DNA of 32,000 nucleotides from Candidatus Scalindua sp. (lineage in GTDB: Bacteria > Planctomycetota > Brocadiia > Brocadiales > Scalinduaceae): assembly GCA_021777035.1 (NCBI GenBank), contig JAIQZR010000192.1, positions 185 to 32,184 of the forward strand, given 5' to 3'. The position numbers were made by a program, and so were the translations under genes. Below the pieces are notes generated by a model. It saw only the letters and a program-made list of their open reading frames with translations, searched no databases and was not told the DNA's origin. Within the stretch, counting starts at the first letter, position 1. The number at the start of each line of letters is the position of its first letter. Shown piece after piece: positions 25,335 to 32,000 of the stretch.

Positions 25335-26280
25335 TGGCTGTTTCTACCTCCGTTTCAGTGGTTGTTACTTGATGAAAAATTTCTTCTAAGGTAATAGTCT
25401 GTCGTTTCAATTCTCGCAGTATATAATTGTTTTTTACAATGCAATTAAAAGTGGCTTCTCTTATATCTTTTTCACCATTTCCATTGATATAAAACTCATT
25501 TGCATCGTCCTTTTTTCTATATGATACTGATTGGACGGTGTCAATTTCAGACAGACTTTTCTTTATCTTTTCACCATCACCCTTCACCTCTAAAACCAGA
25601 TTTGAACCTGTCTTCAACTGCTTCATGAGATTTCCAGGTGTATCCATAGCCACTATCTTACCCTTATTAATTATCATAACCCTATCGCAGACCATTTCAA
25701 CTTCAGGAAGAATATGTGTTGACAGCAAAACAGTATGCTTCTGTCCCAAACCCTTAATAACACCCCTGATCTGCCTGATCTGATTAGGATCAAGTCCAAT
25801 AGTAGGTTCGTCGAGAATCAAGATTTTTGGATCATGGATTAACGTGTCTGCAAGACCTACCCTCTGTTTGTATCCTTTTGACAATGTACCTATAATCTGT
25901 TTCTGCACATCTGTTATTCCTGTCACTTCAAGACAATATTCTATCTTCTTCCTTCTTTCTCTTCTGGGTATATTCTTAAGCTTTGCGCGAAACATCAGAT
26001 ATTCATACGCTCTCATATCCAGATAAAGAGGAACGTTTTCAGGTAAATATCCAATCTGCTGGCGTACGTTTAGCGAATCAGTAAATACATCATGACCGGC
26101 TACCATTGCAGAACCGGCAGTCGCCGGCATAAAGCAGGTTAATATACGCATAGTGGTCGTTTTGCCAGCCCCGTTTGGGCCAAGCAGACCAACTATTTCA
26201 TTTTCATTCACATGGAAAGAAATGTCGTCTACTGCATTTATATTTACATATCGCTTCGTCAAATTTTTTACTTTTATCAT
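25327..26280 (-). CDS. ABC transporter ATP-binding protein
   Basis: Walker A GLLGPNGAGKTT, signature LSKGYKQRVGLA and Walker B ILILDEPT. Confidence 0.9.
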   Translation of the reverse strand: MIKVKNLTKRYVNINAVDDISFHVNENEIVGLLGPNGAGKTTTMRILTCFMPATAGSAMVAGHDVFTDSLNVRQQIGYLPENVPLYLDMRAYEYLMFRAKLKNIPRRERRKKIEYCLEVTGITDVQKQIIGTLSKGYKQRVGLADTLIHDPKILILDEPTIGLDPNQIRQIRGVIKGLGQKHTVLLSTHILPEVEMVCDRVMIINKGKIVAMDTPGNLMKQLKTGSNLVLEVKGDGEKIKKSLSEIDTVQSVSYRKKDDANEFYINGNGEKDIREATFNCIVKNNYILRELKRQTITLEEIFHQVTTTETEVETANA

Positions 26281-26357
26281 GTGGGAAATCTCCAGACAAC
26301 TTTTTAATATGTTACAAGCTTTTTATACTCAACATTACTTTAAGAAAATAAGTTCCC

Positions 26358-26561
26358 TTATTCTTCTTCTTTTTCAACATCCTCAGTAACGATAAGTCTA
26401 CCGCTTGCAAGCTCGTCAAATGCAGCCTTAACGGGATCACTCGTATCCGTCTCTACACGAGCCGGTGCACCATCCATCAATTCTCTTGCTCTCTTGATCA
26501 AGATGGTGGTCAGGTGGAAGGTTCCATAGTCTTCTGCAGGAATATATAAGTTCTCAGTCAT
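26358..26561 (-). CDS. rpoZ: DNA-directed RNA polymerase subunit omega
   Basis: The pattern FHLTTILIKRARELMDGAPARV...DPVKAAFDELASGRLIV matches RpoZ (YxLvxxaaKRARqL..GA....kPvxxAlxEixxGki). I prefer the ATG at 26561 (67 aa). The ORF-track TTG at 26624 is the TTG of a TTGACG -35-like box. Confidence 0.65.
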   Translation of the reverse strand: MTENLYIPAEDYGTFHLTTILIKRARELMDGAPARVETDTSDPVKAAFDELASGRLIVTEDVEKEEE

Positions 26562-26860
26562 GTTGTATAGATGTGTCGAAATAATTAAAACCATTATTGT
26601 TACCATGTTTTTTGTATTCGTCAAGGAAAAACTTCACATTTTTTATTTTTAAAAGCTTCCTGAGCAAGTCTCGTTTATTCATACATACTTATAGCTTGAC
26701 TTTGTTGTTTCACAGAAGTATTTTATGTTGACGACAAAAAGACAAACAGTTGGAATCGCGTACCTTTTCATTTCGCAGACGGGTTTCTTTAAACGGTAAA
26801 GTATCATGAAATGTAATTAGTGAGGTCAGGACAATTGAATCTAAATACGGAGAGATTAAT

Positions 26861-27268
26861 ATGGGTTTAGCTGGTTCAGCATTCAAAGATGTTGGAAAAG
26901 AGTTTCCAAAAGGCACCACATTATTTAAAGAAGGCGATGAAGGCAAGGAAATGTTCCTGATAAATTCAGGTGAGGTTAAATTGATCAGAAAAACTTCACA
27001 GGGCGATGTGGTGTTGGCCAGATTGGGCTTCGGTGAATTCTTCGGAGAAATGTCCGTAATTACAAACCAGAAAAGAACCGTTACCGCTGAAACAGTAACT
27101 GATTGTCGATTGAATATCATAACTAAAGATATATTAGAAACATTAGTGGCCGGTAAGCCTTTAGTCGCGCTGAGCATTCTAAAAAAGTTAATGTTCAGAC
27201 TGGAAAATGCATACGACACTATAGAAGATCTTTATGTCAAACACATTAAAAATGATAAAGCAAAGTAG
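26861..27268 (+). CDS. Stand-alone cyclic-nucleotide-binding (CAP effector) domain protein, no output domain
   Basis: cNMP-binding motifs LFKEGDEGKEMFLINSGEVKL and GEFFGEMSVI...RTVTAETVTDC. It is 135 aa with no HTH. GGAGAG lies upstream of the ATG. Confidence 0.75.
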   Translation: MGLAGSAFKDVGKEFPKGTTLFKEGDEGKEMFLINSGEVKLIRKTSQGDVVLARLGFGEFFGEMSVITNQKRTVTAETVTDCRLNIITKDILETLVAGKPLVALSILKKLMFRLENAYDTIEDLYVKHIKNDKAK

Positions 27269-27280
27269 CCTATTTCAAAA

Positions 27281-27556
27281 ATGAAGATCAATGAAGACTT
27301 TGTACCCGTGACGAAGGAATGCGTTGAGATTGAGGAACTTGATGATGGCTGCATACTCTATGATACAAAAAAAGATGAAGTGCACAGCTTAAATAGCACT
27401 GCGGCTTCTGTCTGGTTATGCTGTGATGGAAATCATGCAATAAAGGAAATAGCGGACGTTGTAGAAACATGTTTAGAGTCTGAAAGAAAGCCGATATTGA
27501 GGGATATAATAAAAATCATAAATGATTTCTCAAAAAAAGGACTTTTAACACCATAG
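27281..27556 (+). CDS. PqqD-family protein (RiPP recognition element-like peptide/carrier chaperone)
   Basis: Typical PqqD layout: ELDDGCILYDTKKDEVHSLNSTAASVWLCCDGNHAIKEIADVV. It is 91 aa and starts 12 nt after the preceding gene. Confidence 0.75.
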   Translation: MKINEDFVPVTKECVEIEELDDGCILYDTKKDEVHSLNSTAASVWLCCDGNHAIKEIADVVETCLESERKPILRDIIKIINDFSKKGLLTP

Positions 27557-27601
27557 GCATTGTACCGTCCGGCACAATGTCTATTTTACATACCGATTTT
27601 T

Positions 27602-28435
27602 ATGTATACACTACATTACAAACTCCAATCACACCGGTTCTCTATACAGACAGCAAACAAAAAACTTGCAGGTTTATGTTCGCAGCTCTATCCAACTTCC
27701 AGATCTAAACGCAACGGATATGCTGATATTGTTTACTCACTGAAAATGAGAAACGATAGCGCTACAGGTGTGGTTTATGAGGTCCTTGTCAACGGCAACA
27801 AAAAACATCAAACTAGTATAAAATCAGGACTATTTTCTTCACTCGAATGGATGATTACATGCAATGCATTGTCACATCTTCGCGAGTTCCTCCAATTGCA
27901 CGCAGGAGCTGTCGTAAAGGAGGGTAAAATCATACTTCTACCTGCAAACCACGGCTCAGGAAAGACGACCTTAACGTTAAATCTTACCAAAAATCGTTAT
28001 CGCTGCCTCTCCGACGATATTGTCTTAATTGGGCCTGAAACAACCAAGATTATTCCTTTCCCACGAAGCTTTCTTATAAAAGACAAATCAATCAAAAAAC
28101 TGGCGGAATCCCATTTAATAGATAAAAAGAGTGGTTACTATTGTAAATCAGACGACATTTTATACTATAATCCCTATTCCACGAAAGGGCCATCTATCGG
28201 AAATGCAAAACCGTATGCGATAATCGAATTAAAACACAACCACCGTTTCAAAAACGAACTGATACCGGCCAGCAAATCACAGATGTGTATTCAACTATTA
28301 AAACAGTCGTTTAACATTCACCACTACAAACGTAGCGGAGTCTCTATACTGACAAAGCTGGTCAGAAACTGTAAGTGCTATTCTTTGAAGACAAACAATG
28401 TAACAGATGCTGTTCGCCTGGTCTCTCAAATATGA
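27602..28435 (+). CDS. HprK-related P-loop kinase
   Basis: LHAGAVVKEGKIILLPANHGSGKTTLTLNL...LSDDIVLI resembles the HPr kinase C-terminal catalytic domain family. The start is uncertain, either ATG 27602 or TTG 27560. Confidence 0.7.
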   Translation: MYTLHYKLQSHRFSIQTANKKLAGLCSQLYPTSRSKRNGYADIVYSLKMRNDSATGVVYEVLVNGNKKHQTSIKSGLFSSLEWMITCNALSHLREFLQLHAGAVVKEGKIILLPANHGSGKTTLTLNLTKNRYRCLSDDIVLIGPETTKIIPFPRSFLIKDKSIKKLAESHLIDKKSGYYCKSDDILYYNPYSTKGPSIGNAKPYAIIELKHNHRFKNELIPASKSQMCIQLLKQSFNIHHYKRSGVSILTKLVRNCKCYSLKTNNVTDAVRLVSQI

Positions 28436-29628
28436 ACGAACCAACTACTAAAAGATATATTGCCAGGTTACTGAACATTAAGAGAGGAGAAGACGGTATT
28501 GATGAAGTATACAATACATTAGAATCAATAGGATGGAATGAAATTATTAATATTGCCCAGGAACATCGCGTAATGACATTTCTGTTTTATAAAATAAAAC
28601 ATCTCGGACTGGAAGAGAGACTAGGGACGGAAACCCTCCAGGTTATGTCACTCAAATATCAAAAAGGAGTGGCGAAAAATGTTGTTACCAGGCATGTGCT
28701 AAAGGACATAATTCAATCGTTAAATCAATACGGCATAAAAGCCGTCATTCTGAAGGGTGCAATAAATTTCTGTGAAAATATTTATGAAAACTGGAATTTA
28801 AGATCAATGGAAGACTTGGACATTCTCATTAAAGAAGAGGATTTTCCTGTTGCAAGACAATGCATGAAAACTGCGGGACTACAGCATGTAGAAGGACAAA
28901 TCCCTCACGACCTCAGCGAAGATTTTCAAGGCAGGGGTATAGCCGTTGATATGCATTATCTACCGATCCATGAAAAACACATTTACCTTTTTGATATGAA
29001 TTCCTTCTGGTCAAACACCATGTGCGTAGAAATGAACAGTCTTAAAATGCACATTCCCAGCCCGACAGACCAAATCTACCACAAGTTTATTCACGACGTA
29101 ATACGACACCAGGAATTAGTAAATTTCAGAATTCAGAATTTGTGTGATTTTGTAAATATCTCCCAATATTACAAAGACAGGATAGACTGGAAAGAGATAT
29201 TACGCAGAACCAGGAAGAACGGTATTGAATCTTTATTTAAGTTTCACTGTTGGCAGATCAAGAAAAATCTTGAAACAGAGCTGCCGGAGCCAATAAACAA
29301 CCTGAGTAATGATAGTGTTAAGTGCTACGAAAAATGGTACAACCAACTAAGCGGATGCCCGGAGAGACTAAAATCTGCAAGCGAACGCCTCATTGTTATC
29401 CTGGCCAAGAGCAGCAATAATTTTGGACACCTTAAGCACTCATTTAATGTCCTTGTGAGAGAGTCAGTCATTAACGAATCTGGTGGACTCCTGCTCTCCA
29501 CATACAACATTAAGAAAAGAAAATATCTGTTACCATTCATTCGTACAATACACCTGGCCAGGATCCTCTTTCTACACATCCTGATTATCGCCTATCTCGC
29601 CAAACAGCGCTTGTATACACACAAATAG
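28432..29628 (+). CDS. Nucleotidyltransferase family protein (PF14907 / NTP_transf_5-like)
   Basis: Core sequence VILKGAINFCENIYENWNLRSMEDLDILIKEEDF (KG...R..DxDxL). The ATG at 28432 overlaps the kinase stop as ATGA, which suggests translational coupling. The ORF-track start at 28375 is less likely. Confidence 0.7.
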   Translation: MNEPTTKRYIARLLNIKRGEDGIDEVYNTLESIGWNEIINIAQEHRVMTFLFYKIKHLGLEERLGTETLQVMSLKYQKGVAKNVVTRHVLKDIIQSLNQYGIKAVILKGAINFCENIYENWNLRSMEDLDILIKEEDFPVARQCMKTAGLQHVEGQIPHDLSEDFQGRGIAVDMHYLPIHEKHIYLFDMNSFWSNTMCVEMNSLKMHIPSPTDQIYHKFIHDVIRHQELVNFRIQNLCDFVNISQYYKDRIDWKEILRRTRKNGIESLFKFHCWQIKKNLETELPEPINNLSNDSVKCYEKWYNQLSGCPERLKSASERLIVILAKSSNNFGHLKHSFNVLVRESVINESGGLLLSTYNIKKRKYLLPFIRTIHLARILFLHILIIAYLAKQRLYTHK

Positions 29629-29719
29629 ACCTGGCATCTTAGTGAAGAAATTATGTATAGTCTCTTTTAATTTATTGCTTATATTAGAAATCCCATCATC
29701 TACCACTAAACTAAAAAAA

Positions 29720-30910
29720 ATGCGAGAAACTATTCACAATGAAGTCCGTAAAATAATTGATAAAGCAATCGATCTAAGGCATCGGTTTCATGAAATACCG
29801 GAAAGCTCATTTGAAGAAAACAGAACCTCACATTTGATTGTTCGAGAGTTACAACAAATGGGACTTGATGTTGAAGAAAAAATCGCCGGTACAGGTGTTG
29901 CCACAAACATAAAAGGCGAACTCTCCGGCCATACTATTGCTTTGCGTGCAGATATGGATGCTCTTAATATCGAAGAGAAATCTTCAAAACCTTATGCATC
30001 AAAACACAAAGGGTTTTCACACAGTTGCGGACACGACGGGCATATTGTCTGTTTATTAGAAGCGGCCCGCATACTTGTAAAACTTCGAAAACAATTAACA
30101 GGTACGGTAAGGGTTATTTTCCAACCAGGGGAAGAAAATGGAACAGGCGCACAGTCTATGATAGACGCCGGTGCACTGGGCGACCCCCTGCCTTCTGCAA
30201 TTTTCGCCTTACACGCATGGCCTCATTTAGAATCCGGTGTGGTTGCTTCAAGACCAGGCAATATAACCTCTGCAATAGACTACTTCAGCATAACTGTCAA
30301 AGGTAAAGGTGGTCATGGAGCACGGCCACATGAAAGTATCAGTCCTATTATAAGTATATCACTCATAGCACAAAAAATAAGTGCTCTTACGAATAACGGT
30401 GTTAACGGTAGATATCCATGTGTTGTAAGTGTGGGGATGATACAGGGTGGAACAGCACCAAATATAATCCCAGACCATGCATCTATCCAGGGGACGATTA
30501 GATCCCTTAATGAAACAAATCGTCAAAAAACACTTGAAAAGTTTAATAAGGCTGTAAACAAAATTGCCATTCAACAGAATGTTCAGGTAGCGATAGATTT
30601 TATTAAATACGGCCCACCCGTACACAATAATCCTGACTTGTACCATTTATTTGAAAAAGTAAGTGAACACCTATTGATTCCTGAAAAACGAGCCTATATT
30701 ACACAACAGAGTATGGGGTCAGAAGATTTTGGTAATTATACACAACTCATTCCCGGTATTCTGATTCGATTGGGAATGGGAAAGTCGTCCCCTCCACTTC
30801 ACACAAGCAAGTTCGATTTTTGTGATAAATCTCTCGATGCTGGAATCACGATACTGGTTGGCCTGGCAATGAAGGCCACAGAGAACGATTTTAAGATTAG
30901 TACGACATAA
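29720..30910 (+). CDS. M20 family amidohydrolase (N-acyl-amino-acid / hippurate hydrolase-like)
   Basis: LRHRFHEIPESSFEENRT, metal ligands in HSCGHDGH and QPGEENGTGA, then GGHGARPHES. I prefer the ATG at 29720. The GTG at 29642 adds a non-conserved 26 aa. Confidence 0.8.
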   Translation: MRETIHNEVRKIIDKAIDLRHRFHEIPESSFEENRTSHLIVRELQQMGLDVEEKIAGTGVATNIKGELSGHTIALRADMDALNIEEKSSKPYASKHKGFSHSCGHDGHIVCLLEAARILVKLRKQLTGTVRVIFQPGEENGTGAQSMIDAGALGDPLPSAIFALHAWPHLESGVVASRPGNITSAIDYFSITVKGKGGHGARPHESISPIISISLIAQKISALTNNGVNGRYPCVVSVGMIQGGTAPNIIPDHASIQGTIRSLNETNRQKTLEKFNKAVNKIAIQQNVQVAIDFIKYGPPVHNNPDLYHLFEKVSEHLLIPEKRAYITQQSMGSEDFGNYTQLIPGILIRLGMGKSSPPLHTSKFDFCDKSLDAGITILVGLAMKATENDFKISTT

Positions 30911-31205
30911 ACAAGTTGCCCAGGGATTGCCATTCATGACTTCCAGGCTGACGAGTGCAGTGAATAATCTTTTATATTGCAAAACAACCTCACTCTTTTA
31001 TAATATCCTGCAGAAGAAGTAGCTACCTGTCTATTCTGCCACTTAAAACAACGAACGGTATACTGTCGTGGGTAGTTTACCAGGACGAGTGGCATGAGTC
31101 GAAATGTATCCTATTTCTCATTTAAAGATACTTTCTAACCCTCGTCCTGTCTGCAATACATTATAATTTTGCGGATGTAATTTTATTTCTCTTCCGGAGG
31201 AAATT

Positions 31206-32000
31206 CTGAATAAAAAGCTGCTATTAGTACTCCCTGACAGTCAACGCGGTTATTGGGGGAAGGTATCGAGAAGCGGGAAGGCCGGGTTTGTACGCATGGC
31301 ACTTCCAACGATTGCAGCCCTGACACCATCTGACTGGGATGTCGAGATCCATGACGCACGTACAACTCCCGTAGACTATAACATAAATGTTGACCTTGTT
31401 GGTATTACTTCCTATACAGCAGATATAACAAATGCCTGTAAGATAGCTGACGGGTACAGAAACAATGGAATAAAGGTCGTTATGGGAGGGGTTCATGTAT
31501 CCGCGCTTCCTGGCGAGGCGCTACAACATGCTGACGCTGTTGTCGTGGGCGAGGCAGAAGCTGTGTGGAAAAAACTGCTTCGTGATTGTGAAAAAGGCGA
31601 ATTAAAAGCAATCTATAAAAGCGGTTCATTAATAGAAATGGCTGATATGGCTATACCACGCCGAAATCTGCTGGACAGCAGTATGTATTCATCTTTTTAT
31701 TCCGTTCAGGCCACACGCGGATGCCCATTTAATTGCGAGTTCTGCACCGTTACTGCTTTTTTTGGACAAGAGTTCAGGGTGAGACCAGTGGAAGAGGTTA
31801 TTGAGGAGATCAAAGGATTTGACTCTAAAGAGTTCTTTTTTATCGATGATAACATCACGGGACGATCCGGTTTTGCCAAGAAGCTATTTAAGGAGCTTAT
31901 TCCCTTAAATCGCAAATGGGGTGGACAGACAACACTAAACTTTGCTAAAGATGAGGAGCTACTTTCATTGTACGCTAAAAGCGGCGGTAGATATGCCTTT
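31206..32000 (+). CDS. B12-binding-domain radical SAM enzyme, paralogue of 16291-17757; 3' end beyond the window
   Basis: My translation reads ...KKLLLVLPDSQRGYWGKVSRSGKAGFVRMALPTIAALTPSDW...VVMGGVHVSALPGEA...VGEAEAVW...ATRGCPFNCEFCTV... It aligns block by block with the first radical SAM. The frame is open from 31167 and the first ATG is at 31296. The conserved N-terminus requires an earlier start, probably CTG 31206, 5 nt after GGAGG (31196-31200). Confidence 0.75.
   Translation, partial: MNKKLLLVLPDSQRGYWGKVSRSGKAGFVRMALPTIAALTPSDWDVEIHDARTTPVDYNINVDLVGITSYTADITNACKIADGYRNNGIKVVMGGVHVSALPGEALQHADAVVVGEAEAVWKKLLRDCEKGELKAIYKSGSLIEMADMAIPRRNLLDSSMYSSFYSVQATRGCPFNCEFCTVTAFFGQEFRVRPVEEVIEEIKGFDSKEFFFIDDNITGRSGFAKKLFKELIPLNRKWGGQTTLNFAKDEELLSLYAKSGGRYAF

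Noticed and set aside
26710-27219. A 169-aa minus-strand ORF
   Set aside because: It is antisense to the well-supported cNMP-binding gene. It has no family resemblance and no start context.
29642-29719. An N-terminal extension of the M20 amidohydrolase suggesting a signal peptide (VKKLCIVSFNLLLILEIPSS)
   Set aside because: It depends on a GTG start with no SD. The conserved M20 N-terminus begins at the ATG at 29720. Similar alternative-start extensions at 585, 6810, 11419, 26624 and 28375 were trimmed for the same reason.
30936-31022. A 28-codon ORF (MTSRLTSAVNNLLYCKTTSLFYNILQKK) as a precursor peptide
   Set aside because: It has no ribosome-binding site, no recognisable leader/core features, and a composition typical of AT-rich non-coding DNA.
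26861-32000. A lasso-peptide biosynthetic gene cluster (PqqD + HPr-kinase-like + nucleotidyltransferase)
   Set aside because: No asparagine-synthetase-like cyclase, transglutaminase-like B2 protease, ABC exporter or plausible precursor ORF is visible in the window. Only the tailoring-type genes are present.
1-32000. CRISPR arrays, IS elements, integrases, phage genes or known defence systems
   Set aside because: I found no regularly spaced repeats, transposase or integrase ORFs, or phage structural genes on either strand. The only mobile-type signals are the TA pair, the repeat-flanked GxxExxY fragment and the tRNA remnant.

Overview
AT-rich window with about 33 supportable protein-coding genes and no rRNA, CRISPR array, transposase or integrase. 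I saw no intact tRNA. The main feature is a tight six-gene plus-strand operon (11443-17757). It encodes an acyl carrier protein, FabZ, an intact FabF-type ketosynthase, a second ketosynthase that has lost its Cys-His-His triad, a CrtI-like FAD desaturase and a B12-binding radical SAM enzyme. No ketoreductase, enoyl reductase, acyltransferase or thioesterase accompanies them. From memory, this gene order matches the candidate ladderane-lipid cluster proposed for anammox Planctomycetota (Brocadiales). Its chemistry has never been demonstrated, so the host assignment is an inference from gene content. A second block of interest lies at 26861-32000. It holds a stand-alone cNMP-binding protein, a PqqD-like peptide-binding protein, an HprK-related P-loop kinase and a PF14907-type nucleotidyltransferase. 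An M20 amidohydrolase and a second, paralogous B12 radical SAM follow; the latter is cut by the window end and has no canonical start codon. This looks like a peptide or carrier tailoring module with no visible substrate gene. The rest of the window holds a mazEF-like toxin-antitoxin pair with a palindromic operator, a secreted Cys-rich rhodanese and a TolB-like propeller lipoprotein. There is also a truncated GxxExxY gene bracketed by inverted repeats and a 1136-aa M1 + M28 + PDZ peptidase fusion. A 790-bp gene-free gap carries an attenuator-like element and a tRNA-Pro remnant. Housekeeping genes include a Zn alcohol dehydrogenase, birA and rpoZ. An orphan ParA ATPase sits next to a membrane-anchored non-ParB partner. 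An ABC / GldG / DUF4340 transporter operon is followed by MoxR. All calls come from reading the ORF translations and the DNA by eye; no searches were run.
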